Source of the DNA: Hemiscyllium ocellatum | Taxonomy: Eukaryota | Assembly (NCBI RefSeq): GCF_020745735.1 | Contig: NC_083419.1 | Span: 25,690,085-25,754,084 of the forward strand | Length of the DNA stretch: 64,000 bases | Direction: 5' to 3' | In this document: piece by piece, positions 47,944 through 61,277 of the stretch | Layout of the letters: every line of letters starts with the position of its first letter | How positions within the stretch are numbered: the stretch's first letter is position 1 | Notes under the pieces: model-generated | The model's input: the letters and a program-made list of their open reading frames with translations, nothing else | Database searches by the model: none | Told to the model about the DNA's origin: nothing | Made by a program: the position numbers and the translations under genes

Positions 47944-48489
47944 GTCAAGGGTTACTGGGGATATGCAGGCAAGTGTAATTGAGGCTACAGTTAAATCAGC
48001 TATAATTTTATTAAATTGCAATGCAGGTACAATGGGGATAATGGCCTACTTCTGCTTCTGTTTCTTATGATCTTAAGAGTAAAAGGCCTGGAGGAGCAAG
48101 AGCAGATAGAGGCTGAAAATCTCTGTGTTTCATTATTCTGAAATGTGGTGGAAGCTCATGCTTGGGTTGAAAAGACCACATTTATAAGGTGTTAAAACAA
48201 GGTTGGAAGATTCACTTAGCCTGTACTAGAGGGAGGGTTTCCAGTTGTACACTTTCCATAAAAGACAGCCTTGGGCATTGAAGATACCAGGCTATGAATT
48301 CATGGGAAAATTATACCTGGAATTGGAATGATGATCCCTTAAAGAGGTAGGTTTCTCTGCGAGAAGAATTCTTGCAAAAAAAAACGGCTGGTTTCCTGTA
48401 ATTGAACATGACCTGAGATAAACAAGACAAAGATTCAATCACACATTAATTAAAAGTGTGATTTGTTAGGTGTGGTTCTGATTTCTGAC

Positions 48490-49040
48490 AACAACGTCTC
48501 TTCTTCCTCAGGCAGCTGAGGAAATTTGGCATGACAGTGAATACCCTTGCCAACTTTCATAGGCGCACCATTGAAAGCATTCTGTCTGGATGTATCACTA
48601 CCTGTGATGACAACCGTGCCATTCAAGATCGGAGGCCGTTACGGAGAGTGGTGAACTCAGCCTGGACAGTCACAAAGGCCAACCTCCCATCTATAGCATC
48701 CATCTACCAGGCCTGCTGTCAAGGAAAGGCTGCCAGCATTCTTAAAGCTCCATCTCACCCTGGCAGTGTTTTTTTTACCACCTCTATCATCAGGAAGAAT
48801 GTACAGAAGCCTGAACATATGCACCAGCGGTTTTGAAACAGATTTTACCTTATTGTTGTTAGAATACAGAATGGACTCACAAACACTTAACATTTGCCTG
48901 TACCTGTGTTTTTGTTTAAACTGCTGTTTACCTATCATTTACTTGTCTATGCTACTTAACTATGTGATCTGCCTGTATTGCTTGCAAGACAAAGCTTTTC
49001 ACTGTGCCTTGGTACACGTGACAATAAATTCAATTCAAGC
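48490..49040 (+). mobile_element. Rex1/Babar-like LINE 3' end
   Basis: FLRQLRKFG...FHRRTIESILSGCITT...LRRVVNSA...LPSIASIY...ILKAPSHPG; (CAATT)n tail. Confidence 0.8.
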
Positions 49041-50879
49041 AGTTTAGGGATATAATGGACAATAGAATTGCAAAACAGAGAACATCTCTTTCCAGCACAA
49101 CTCAGTTGAAATTTTGTATGTCAGATAAAGGAGTTTAAAACTCTTATTAACTGAAGGACTCACAACAGGGACTGACTTTCTAGAGATAGCTAAGCCAGTT
49201 AGTGAGAGAGTTTATATGCAAGACTGCAGAGTTAAAGAATATTAAACAGGAGAGTTCTGAATGACCTGGGTTAGCTGCACAAAGACTAATACTTGTTTTT
49301 ACAACCATAGGATTTTTGGAGGAGATTTGATGGGAAACACTTGCTGAGAGAATGCAGAAAGCCCAAGAAATCTCAACTCTTTGGCAAACGTTTTGAAACT
49401 GTATGCAGAGAAAACGGTTATGCTACAAATGTTTGATAAGTAGCTGATTTGTGTTTTGGGGTTCGCCAGTCAAATGGTTGTAGACAGAAATTTGAGTTAA
49501 GAGGTTGGTTTAGAGAATTAACGCTATTTATTGCAATTTTCCTGTCTTAAGATAGAGTTCCTGTTTTCAGATAGAGTACAATTATTATTATTCATGTCCT
49601 TTGATTTTTATTCAATAAAATTATTTTGATTTTTAACCGTGTAACTTGTGCCTTCATTGTTTCAGTAAAAACCTAGGTTTTCAGATTTTCAAACAAAAAC
49701 AAGATGTCACTGGTGTCTGCCAAGATCATAACAGCTGCAAAAGGAAAAAAAAAATCCAGAATTAAATGCTCAGGAGCTAAGAATAACTTTTGTCTTGTGT
49801 TGGGAGAATTAAATATCTACTTAAATGACAGTGTCATGTTTACCTGTGAAGTATATTTTTATGGTTGTGTTAAAATGAAATGGGGAAGGGGGGTGATATT
49901 CTGTGAGTTAAAGAATAAAGTTGTCCACAAATATAATGCCTAGTCCAGAAGTTCCCAAACTCTGGGTTACAATAAAGTTGGAGATTTCAAGTTAGCAATG
50001 CTGGGTGCATTGTATTTTGACAGCTGTGAGGTGTCTTTAAGTTTGAAGTTATTTTTAAAATTTACTAGTCTCTATGAAAATCATAACATACTCAACTAGA
50101 CATGGAGAGATCTGGACAAATAATTCCAAAGATGCCAGTTCAAATATCATTGCAGAAGTTAGCAAATTTGAATTCATTTGATTCAATAACTCTAAAGTTG
50201 AAAAGCTTGTTTTCGAATTAGGTTGTTTTAAAAACAAACTATGGGATAATTGTAAAATCCCTGTTTGTTTAGTAGTCTCCTATATCAAACAAAGCCTGTC
50301 ACCCATATACAGTCTGGTGGGCAGTGCTGATGGGTAAAAAAAGCAGGAGATCCAGGAGTGAGCCTTACCCATGATGTGCACATCGACTGCAGTGGTTCAA
50401 CAATACAGCTTACCACCATCTTCTCAAAGGCAATAAATTCTGACCAGCCAATGAAGCCCACATTCCATAAATTAAAAAAAAAGTGGTTTCTTCAGCCTGG
50501 TTACTTACAATCCATGTACCCATGACCTTCCTGCACTGTTGGCCATAAACAGAGTGGTGCTCATGAAGGACAACAAGGCAGTCAGCGCCCTCTATAAGGC
50601 CAATCACCAGCATGTAAAGACCAGGAAACAGTGGTGAAATAGCAGATAAAAGAGTGCCAGGAGAGGAGGAAATGGTCCAAGAGTAACATTGCAGAACAAC
50701 AATGAGTTCCTTGTTGTTGAACAGCTGCTGTTCGGGACAATGTCTTAGTTCCCCTATGTTTGAAACATGTAAATTTTCATCCCACCACAAAGTATTAACT
50801 TGCATGCACAGGAGAGGGAGCTGATTTGTGGGTAAGGGGAAGAATTTCTACTTTCTAAAAATCATCAGTTTTTATTTAA

Positions 50880-53290
50880 TCTTACAAGAGTTAAGTTAGA
50901 ATAACTTAAAGTAACTAAAGTCACAGTAAGTAAAGTAACATAAAATGTAAGTTTAAGTATAGCAGGGCAACTCAATCAAGTGGATTTCCTATCCTGTTGG
51001 ATTTAAAAAGTTGTAGATAACTATGACTTGGAAGAACCTGCATGTAGGAAATGCCATGGGCTGAACAAGATTGAGCTCCCTGTTTCAGAGTTAAGCAGCA
51101 GCAAGAGTCACTGAGGTACTCATATCAGGGAGTCAACCACATCGACAGTATGCTCATACAGCAATTAGAAGCATCCAGACAGTTCAGGAATAATTTCCCA
51201 TCAGGCAGTCCAAGAGAAACAGGCATCTAGTGCAGGAGTCCACAGATATCCTGCTCGCTAACAATTTATCCCTTTTTGATATTAGTTAAGGTGATGGCTC
51301 CTCAGAGAAGTGCAGAAAGAGCCACACCTGTAGCACGGTGGATAGTTTAGGTGTACAGAAGAGAAAGAGGAAGAGTGAAAAGTCAGGGGATTGGCAATAC
51401 AGAATTCTTTAGTTAGGGAAATGGGAAGGCATTTTTGCAAATGCCAATATGATTTAATGATGGTGTATCACCTCCCTGATTCTAGAGTCACGAATGTCAC
51501 AGAACAGTTGTAGGATATTCTTCTGATGGAAGGTGAACTGCTTAAGGTATTGGTCCGCACTAATACTAACAAAAATGGTTTGGGAGGTGATTAATGTGAT
51601 CTTGCAATTGGAATTTTAGGGAGCTGGATAAAAAAGTAGCAAATATAACTTTTAAAATAGTAATCTCTACATTACTCCCAATGCCACATGTAAGTGAGTA
51701 CATAAATTGTAAGAAAAACAGATTATGTTGTAGCTGGAAAGAAGATGCAAGAGTGAGGGCTTTTATTTCTTGGACCCTGGGACTGGCTGAAGGGCAAATG
51801 ACCTGTACAAGTCAAATGTTTTTCATCTGAGCATAACCAAGACTAAATTCCTTGCGGAGCATTTTGCTAGTGCTATTGGAGATACGGGCATATGGGAAAC
51901 AGAAATGAATAGTAGGAAGTAATACCAAGATGCACAGAATATTGGAACATGCAACTAGCACCCGAACACTAAATAGTAAATGAATAAGTGAAATAGGCCT
52001 AAGGGAGAAATAAGTCTAAATCAGCATTATGAATAGTTAATACTGCTGGGAGTTACAGGCACAAATTATCACATTGGCTTATGATGTTGTGGTGATGACA
52101 GAGACCTTGGTCAAGGAGGAATAAGACTGGCTGTTAGATATTTCTGGTTACCAAAAGTTCAGAGAAAATAGCAAAGGGAAACAAAGTTGGAGAGGTGTCA
52201 ATTTTGGTTAAGGAGAGCATTGACTCACTGGAGAAATTGAATGTTACAATGCATTCAAGGACATAATTGATTTGACTAGAGCTAAGGAAGAAGATGGGTT
52301 ACATTGCATGATTGCATTGATTGGTGTTACCTGTAGACCACCAACTAATGCAGAGGAACAATCTTGCAAGTAAGTTACTCAGAGGTCTAAACATTGTGGA
52401 GTAGTTTTAATCAGGAACTTTAATTGCCTATCTGAACATTAGGATAATGACAGTGTAAAGAGTGAGAAATAGACGTTCTTCTACAGTAGAATTTCTTATA
52501 ACGGTATGTGTCCAGTCCAACAAGAAAGGAGGTACTGCTAGACCTGATTCTTGGGAATGAGGTGGCCAAGTGACAGTGGAGAAATCTTTGGTCGACAGTG
52601 ATCATTGTATCATAAGGTTTACATTAACATTGGAAAATGATATTGGTCAATCTGGAGTTAGAATAATCAACTGACAGATATGGGATATGAATGGAGCTGG
52701 GATGAGTGAACGAGTAAGAAAGATTGACAGGAAAATCAATGGATGTTGGACTAACTTCAAAGGAAAGATGATTTGTGTACTGTTAAGGTTCATTCCCTCA
52801 AAAGGGAAAGGAAGGAAAAATAATTTTAGAACTACCTGGATGACAAAAGAGATAGAAATTAAGTTAAGGCAGTACACATGTGCTTATGACAGGTGTCAGG
52901 TAGTAAATACAATTGAGAACAAAGAAAGTTCAGTGGGGAAATGAAAAAGTAAATAAGGCATACAAAAACAGATTATCAAAAAAAGACTGGCTGATAAAAT
53001 AATGGGAAATCCCAAAGTATTTGATAAATGCATTAGAGATCAAAAGAGGATTTACATATGGAGAGAAGAGGTGTGTCTGATATGGTAAAAAAATACCTTG
53101 CATTTGTTTTTACCTTTGAGGCAGATGTTTCAGCAGCCATGATGACAAAAACGGAAACTCAGTCTACAGAAAGGTTTAAAATAATAAGGAAGAAATATTG
53201 GATAAGCTATCGATATCTAAATTGATAAGATGCAAGGACTAGATTAGATGTATCCAAGGATATGAAAGGATGTACAATGGAAATTATCTT
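50880..53290 (+). mobile_element. Old CR1 LINE, ORF1 (esterase-type) and ORF2 endonuclease region, heavily decayed
   Basis: Remnants of CRKC, LPDSRV, V..TN, YDVVVMTET, RPP and LLDLILGNE. Confidence 0.7.
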
Positions 53291-53329
53291 TCAACTTTTC
53301 TTACATGAGATAACATTGGATCTGGTGCA

Positions 53330-54070
53330 TAAGTGGCAGAAGCTGAACAGGTTCATGTTTGTTCTGTAGATTAGCTCCACTTCAGCAAGTAGCTGACTGA
53401 GAGTACGGTGGAACATTGCAGAAAGACAGATTGAGAAGCGCATCAGCATAATGACCAGCCTTGCCCGACCCTAGACCAAATGGCCTGTGGTGGATCTGTT
53501 GCTCAGTATCACAGCTTATGTGTCATTGTGGAGCAGGCAAAAAAAAACTTTGGTGTGTCGTACATCCTCCTGTCTCTCACTAATCCTTGCTGAGGCCAAC
53601 ATCCCCAATATTGGAGCATTGACCATATTCAATTAGCTCTACTAGGCAGGCCACATTTTTCACATATCTGACTTGAGGCTCCTGAAACTAATGCTGAATT
53701 GGGAGCTTCAACATGGCAAACAAGCCCCAAGAGAGCAGTGGAAATACTTAAAAGCTCATTCTCAACATGTCCTTGAGGAAATGAAATATCCTTGTCATAC
53801 CTGACAAACCTTGGCTCAAGATCGCATGAAATGGAGGGAAATCATTTGAGAAGTATTTCCATACCTCAAGATTCATTGCCAATGACAAACCGAAGCCAAG
53901 TGTCAAGAGAAAAAAGCATGGAGTAACTTGAACATCCCACTTTCCTTTTCTCCTATTGTCTGCTCTGCCTGTGACAGAGACTGCAGGTCATGCATTGGAC
54001 TCTTTAGTCACATGAGATCTTATTTCCATCTTGGAAGTAACTCACCCTCAACCATGAGGGGCTGCTTAAG
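53330..54070 (+). mobile_element. RTE-clade LINE 3' fragment, decayed
   Basis: ELQHGK..P..Q.K and C-terminal CSACDRDCRSCIGLFSHMRS zinc-finger remnants. Confidence 0.6.
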
Positions 54071-55065
54071 AGAAAGCGAAGGAAGCTATTGAAGTTGTCA
54101 ATAAGAATCTTAGCTCCAGTTCGTAAGTAAAATACACTGATCACATAATGCTATACATCACACAGTGCTGAATTGATGGCAAGAGTCATCCCATTTGTAA
54201 TTGAAGCTGTAAGCTTCATTGTTTGGCTAGGAGTCCTTCCAATATATGGGTTAGTCACATATGTTCACATGCTGTGTTACGATTAGTGTTCACATATCAA
54301 TGTATCATGCAACAAATGAAAAAAATCCATAAAAAACTAGTGAGTAAAATCCAGAGCATTTGACTTAGATTTTGCATTTGGCAAAACTGGCACTTGGGAA
54401 TGTTGCAAGAGAAGACCAGTGTAGGAATTACGTGGGAAGTAATATTACAACAAAGAATAATTTGAGGTGCTCAAGTACAACTCACCTCCCGGAAGGAACA
54501 GATTACAGACTTAGTGGAAATAGCTGTCTGTTACATAGCACAACAGAAAGATTCATAACACAGGAAATATATTGAAATGTTATATATCTGATCACATCAG
54601 AATGAATGTCAGTTCCTGTTGCCTGGAATTAACGACGAATGGTTATTAAAGGAAAGTTTAGATACAAGTCTAGTATAAAAGTCTATGTTCAGATGCACAT
54701 GCTCAATGTCTAAATCTCTTTTGTCGTGGGTTTTGTATGGAGGAGCAGGCTTATAAACTCTTTCAAGTCATATTGATTGTGAATGTGACTGCAGATATTA
54801 GGAAGGAGGAAACTTCCTTCATGATGTCAAATAAGGATAGAAATGTATATGTCTTATCCCTTTCATGAAGTGATGAATACTCTAAGAAAACAAGACCAAA
54901 GATAAGATTTTTATAAAAAAAGCTTCAGGCTTTGGAATTCAGTAACAGGCCCAGCAAATACTGTAAATATAAATCAATCAACCAACCAACACCCAGAGAC
55001 AGGCAAGACAATATACTGCTTAACAACACAACTGGCAATTGTTGATACAGTAATAGTGGTCTAGT

Positions 55066-55138
55066 TTGCACGAAACATCGATTCTCCTGCCTCTCAAATG
55101 CTGCTGACCTGCTGTGCTTTTCCAGCACCACACTTTCA
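55066..55138 (+). mobile_element. Truncated PLE family A mini-element with 7-bp TSD GTCTAGT
   Basis: TSD at 55059-55065 and 55139-55145. Confidence 0.75.
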
Positions 55139-56365
55139 GTCTAGTCGAGTTACTTTACCTTCTTTCATTTTTTGAGTTATTGAGGGACATAAGCGATTAA
55201 AATGCCATCATATGGTATAACATGGAATTTGCTTCTTTGCTCCAATTATGTAGGGATGCTAATAACAGCATATTTTTTGGACATTCATTGTTGTCCATCT
55301 TAAATGATAGTAGGTCTGGTGTCCCAGCATGATATAGAATCTGATAATGACAGGCTTCCAACCCTCTTTCTTTTCTATGATCATTTGCTTCAAACGTCTT
55401 TCCTGAAGATTTTTAAAAAACTAATTTGTGGTATGAGAATGTCACTGACTAGGCCAGCATTTATTGTCTATCTCTATGTCACATGTAGGCCAGACCCGGT
55501 AAATGTAAATGTAAAGATGGCAGGTTCCATATGTATTTTTCTGACAATCATTGTTCTGACAACCAATAATGATTTGTGGTCTCATTAGACACTTAATTCC
55601 AGATTTTTATTGAATTAAATTCTATCATCTGCTGTGATAGGATTCAAACCCTGTCCTCAGAATATTACTTGGGTCAATGGATGAACAATTCAGTGATATT
55701 GCCACCGGACTATCACCTCCCTTATCTGCAATGATGGAGAATTGATAAACGTGGCATTATCAAAATTTTACTCAATTCTATTGCTTTAGAAGAGGGAGGA
55801 TTATTCATTATTGTAGCAAATTGAAAATTAAGTTGTTTGGGTGTCACAATTGACCCTAGCAGTCCAGTTTACTTGTAGACCATGACAATTATTTGTGACC
55901 TGTTTCTGAGTTTATCCCTGACTGCCATCCACCTCTAAAACCTCAAATTAGAAATCATATCATCACAGTAGCTGAATTAAAATATGTAGCTGCAAACCAA
56001 ATGTTTGCAAATGCTCTGTATATCAGTCCAGTCAATATTGAAATCTAGAAAACTAAGTTCAAGATTCTAGTTGCAAATTCAAAACTGACAAGTTATCTTG
56101 AGAGTAGTTATTTCAGAGCTACAATTAATCTGGCCTCCAAAGGTTCATTCCATGGTTAAAATAAACCCAACAAATAAAGACCTTTCTTTGCAACTTGTAT
56201 TTGTTAACCTTGAGTATGACAGAAGTTTAAGATTGGATAACACCTTCTCATGTTTTACATTGATTATTTCTGTATGCCAGTATCTCTGATGTCAATTTCA
56301 ATCTGAGCTGGAAGTTTTCTTTAGGCTGACCTCGATATTTCTGATCAGTATCCAATACAACACTA

Positions 56366-56376
56366 ACACGTGTACA

Positions 56377-56407
<31 letters not shown>

Positions 56408-56460
56408 GTGTACACACACATACACACACACACACACACACACGTGTATACACACACACA
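56366..56460. repeat. (CA)n microsatellite with periodic CACGTG interruptions
   Basis: Three CACGTGTA units at 36-38 bp spacing. Confidence 0.9.
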
Positions 56461-59400
56461 ACTCGGCTCCTATTTTTCTGAAAGGCTCTTGCATTTTAAA
56501 AAATACATCGAATGTGTTTCAATTTGAATGCGACATGCTGTGACTGAACAGGTGCAAGCCATGCAGATGCAACATTTAATACGCCCTTTTCTGTAAAGTG
56601 TCCCTGGTAGAATTTTACTTGTTAATGAATTTAATAGTGCATTTATTTTGGATATTAACAATAAGCTGCTCATATCTCCTGCCATGTTCGAAATGCTTTA
56701 ATCTGGCTCCGAGGATACCTGGAGCTGCTATTGCTGGGAACTGGTTATTTATATTGCGATTATGAAGAATCTGTTTGAATAATAAGACCTGATCTCATTG
56801 GACAATTTTAGCACAGCTACAGCCTCTCTCAACTTTAACTCTCTGGAGAGTGAGACCAACTGTGCAGTTACCTACTCACATGTCCCAATTGTTCTTCACT
56901 CAATAGCACCATTCTTCTACTCAGTTACCAGCTATTCAAGTGATATGATTTAGACAAGGGTTATTGTGTCAAACTCAAAATGCTAAGCAAAAATCATTCT
57001 GTGAAGGGAAAGAATCCATAATGCTGGCAGTGCAGTTATGCTGTTGGGTGGTATGGCATATTTTCCACTACGTGGTGATGCCAACCCTACCCTTTATTAA
57101 AGAAAGGAGGCAGCTGATGCATTTCTGACAGGAGATGCTGCTCAGGTCTGCCTCAGAAATGTGGAGCCCTACTTCCATTCTGACTGTCCCTTAGCAGTGT
57201 AGAATTGCCACAGGAAGACAAACCACATCCCACTTCCCACAGCAGTCAGTGGCTGTCTTCTAAAATTTAAAGGTCCATTCAGTCAGTTTGACAGCTGCAG
57301 TTAAACGATAAGGACACAAGGTAAGCGTGATGTTAGGATGCTGAGAGGGCAGGGTGCCAGGTACCTATGGTAACAAGTAAGAAGGGTTCCAACTAGGTAG
57401 TGTGCCAGCTGAGATGCATTAGGGTTCCAGAGTGCAAGGTGGCAAGGAGCATGTAGGTGTTTAGATTAGGTCACAGTGGGCTGAAGGAATTAGGACTGGC
57501 GGCCAATGGGAAGGATTTCGGTTTGGGATTGGTAGCTGTTCAGGTCAAGTCTGGTCCAGAGGGCAGAGGGGAATGGACAGTCATATCCAGCCACAGGGTT
57601 GGGGGCGTGTGTAGGAGTTGGGTCCAGCAGAGGTTTGGATCTAACAGCAGGTAAGGAGGGTGGGCATACAGTCCAGTGGGGTGACTGGAGGATGGACTGG
57701 TTTGTGGGGAGGGGTGGGGGGCAGATGGGGTCTAATGTGAGTACCGGAGACTCATATCTGGTAAGGGATTAGAGTCGTAGGGTAATGGGTATCAGTTGTG
57801 GAAGAGCACTGGCTCTAGGGTTTGGAGATGAAATTGGTTCTGTGGAAGGTATTGTCACTGGAGGATGGATGGGTGTTAGGTTACGGTCTGGGGTATGAAA
57901 GTGAGATAAGTATAGGGTCAGTTTAATAGTAACTCAGACTATTTAGACCAATAATCTTTTCCTGGGTAACTCCATACCTTATTATAAGAGAAGCACCTGA
58001 ATTCTTTGATTCAAATAGAGACTTTTGTTCATTTCCAGGTATAGTAGAGAAATTCAGTTTCCCAGGCAGTTTCTTCAGAGTCTGCTATGATGGAGATTCC
58101 ACAGGCTCCCCAAGCCCAAAGCTAATCTAGTCACAAAACAGCTATCTGGCCCACAGAAAATCTTCCAGTTACATAAATCATGTAAAAATAATGACCAAAA
58201 AAACCACATTCAGATTTGCTGCATGTTTTTTGGGTAATTACTTTATACTTAGGTACATGTTATTAATTGTACTGGCTTATATGTGCTGCACATCAAGAAA
58301 GTAGCTAAAAAAGAGAAATAGACTATATCAGTTGAAAACGAGCGTCACTGATTGCCTGCCTACAGTCCAAATTTTTCATGAAGGTTTTAATATCCTGGAA
58401 TCAACCCATTTAATGCCTATAAATAAATATTTAAACCTATTCCATGTTGAGACCAGCCATGTCATTATAATGAGATGTCTGGACACTTTATTCTTGTTAC
58501 TCTGAATACCACATGTAATGATCCCAACAGAACAAGTCAGATCCCAGAATGAAATGTGACTTTATAGATCATAAGCTTAATCTTTTTAGCTACACTGATT
58601 AATCTCTAAAACCTGCCCATGGATATTTTAGGCAATCTTTAACAACTGAGTTTATTACACAGGAAAACAAACCAATATAATTATGGCAGTCATAAGGACC
58701 TTAACACAAAAATTAAAGCAAGGTTTCACTATATTCAAATACCATCCACAGTAGAGGCTTAAGTGCAAAGAAATTACACTCATATATCAAATTTTTAGGC
58801 TTCCACTTATCTGAATTCTTCCAGGTTATTTTTTTTCATGTGTACATGTTCATATATTTGGGTAGTGTGAGATGTTGTAATTAAATATTATACATATTAC
58901 ACAATTGCTAAAGTAGAAACCATTGAGCCACTTTACACATATTGCACAGAGCTTACAACTCTTAACATAACATTACATCAGTGTCATTGATAATGCTTTC
59001 AGTTATTCTTGGAATTCATCACATTTTCATATAGAACCATAATGTCACCAATTATTCCCAGTCCTTTGCTTTCTCCCATACACCACATTTTCTTTCTCTT
59101 TTCAAGGATATATTCCTTTGTTATATTGAATCAGCTTCCATCAACTTGATCAGTAGTATTCCTGATCACAAGAACTCACTGCAATCTTTTCATCTCCCCA
59201 GCTTCTTTTGCCAATTTCTTAAAGTCTGTGCCCTCTAAGTGGACATTAATGGGGAAATTACCTCATCGTTATCACAACTGTACATTTATACCTCAGTGTA
59301 AAAAGTATCTTTTAATACCTGAATGCAAAAATGTATCTTTAATCAACTCATTCAAACATGTTATGACACACTGTGCCATTGAGAAGGTCATTAGTGTTAG

Positions 59401-59902
59401 GCAATGAATGATGACTCCGCCAGCAATGTCTACATTTCATGAATGAAAAAAGACTCTTTGGAGTTAGAAATATGCAATCGTCCATGTCACCAAGGATTTA
59501 ATAAAGTTACACTACATCTGTAATTAGCTATATTTAGCTATAATTAAATCACTTTAAAAATACTTACTTTAGTTTCTTTGTGCCTATTCCAACTACTTAT
59601 AGTTGAAAAGAATGAGAAGCATTAGTATCCCACTTGCTTATAATAATATTATGCATTTCAATAATGTTAATTGCATCTCACGCTTCTTAATAGTGCAACT
59701 GAAAATTAGTAAAATGGAGTGACAGTATAAGAAAATGTTTAAGACTGCTATATGTGAAAGAAATGCAAAAATTGGAAATATGATTGTAAAGTAATTGCAT
59801 AAAGGTTCGTATCCTGTCACCAAGTCACCCTTTATTTACTTGTGCATTGTACACTGGCTATGCTCAGCCAACTCAGAGTCAGTACTAAACTGAGAAGATT
59901 CT

Positions 59903-61210
59903 CATCTGGTATATTTTCTTGTTTTCCTTATGTTGTGTGTGTGCAGGTGTGAGACACAGTGAAAGACAACAGGTGTACAAATCGTTATTCCACCACCAAG
60001 AAAAAAGGAAACACCCGAGTGGCCAGTGACAAGCAATGCTCTCCTCATCAACGGGCAATGCTGCGTGATCAAAAACGTGAAGAGGAGGGTAGGGATTAAA
60101 TCAAAATAGAACTGAAGGGGGAAATAAGACGCTCCACTCGCTGCGGTGCCCACCTCTGCATTAACAGCTCAGAGGTGTTGATGGACACTGCGTGCTCCTT
60201 CTCCAGAGACACCTGGCTCGGACGTAGCCGCAGAAGAGGGGCAGGCAATTGGCCATAATGACTCCCTCATGGCCCGCTGCCTGGACCTGTTTATGCATCT
60301 CCTGATATTTATTTTCCTTTTTCCCCTTTCTTTACCCCCACACTACAGTCTAACTGCAGTAGTGCTTATATTTTTTTCCCCAGCACCCATGTTATGTGTG
60401 TGCAGGTGTGAGACACTGTGAAAGACACAAGGTGCATGATTCTTTATTCAGTTTCCACCACCAGGAAGAAAGGAAACACCCGAATGGCCTGTGACAAGCA
60501 GTGCCCTTCACATCAAAGGGCAATGCTGTGTGATCAAACAATGAAGGGGAGGGCAGGGATTAAATCAAAATAGAATTGGAGGGGGGAATAATACACTTCA
60601 CACCCTGCGGGCCCATCTTTCCCTGAAAATTTTGAGGGTGTTGGTGGACATCGCGTGTTCCTTCTCCAAGGTCACCTGGGCTCTAACGTAACCTCGGAAG
60701 AGGGACAGGCAGTCAGCCCTAACGACCCCCTCCACGGCCTGCTGCCTGGATCTGTTTATGCATCTCCTGGTATTTTCTTTTCTTTTTTTCTTGCTGCGGT
60801 AGTGCTTATTTTTTCCCCAGTACCCATGGTGTGTGCTTGCAGGTGTGAGACACAGTGAGACACACAAGGTGCATGAATCTTTATTCAATTTCCACCACCA
60901 GGAAGATAGGAAAACATCCGAGTGGCCAGTGACAAGCCATGCCCTTCACAATAGGGCAATGCTGTGTGATCAAACAGTGAAGGGGAGGGTAGGGATTAAA
61001 TCAAAATAGAGTTGGAGGGGGAAATAATGCACTCCACTCCCTGTGGTGCCCACCTCTCCCTGAACAACTCCAGGGTGTTGGTGGACACCGCGTGCTCTTT
61101 CTCCAAGGACACCTGGGCTCTAACGTTAACCTCGGAAGAGGAGCAGGCAGTCAGCCCTAACGACTCCCTCCATGGCCTGCTGCCTGGACCTGTTTATGCA
61201 TCTCCTGGTA
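59903..61210 (-). mobile_element. Tandem trimer of Tx1-clade LINE 3' ends
   Basis: Three units of about 390-465 bp homologous to 16498-16930, each bounded by GCATCTCCTG(G/A)TA. Confidence 0.88.
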
Positions 61211-61277
61211 CTTCTTTTTTTCCAGGTCAGAGAATTCAATATTTTATTTATAAATCAGGTATAGAATGCACAAGGCA

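Noticed and set aside
50410-50805. Possible terminal exon of the expected neighbour PTPRQ (EETT motif)
   Set aside because: No further similarity or splice structure; I found no PTPRQ or LIN7A exon in the window.
60759-60775. Junction motif GCATCTCCTGGTATT resembles U2 snRNA (GCAUCGACCUGGUAUU), a known Tx1/Keno target RNA gene
   Set aside because: The match is short and gapped, with no other U2 sequence around it; likely chance.
59903-61210. CRISPR-like repeat-spacer array
   Set aside because: Eukaryotic DNA, and the spacers are homologous LINE fragments.
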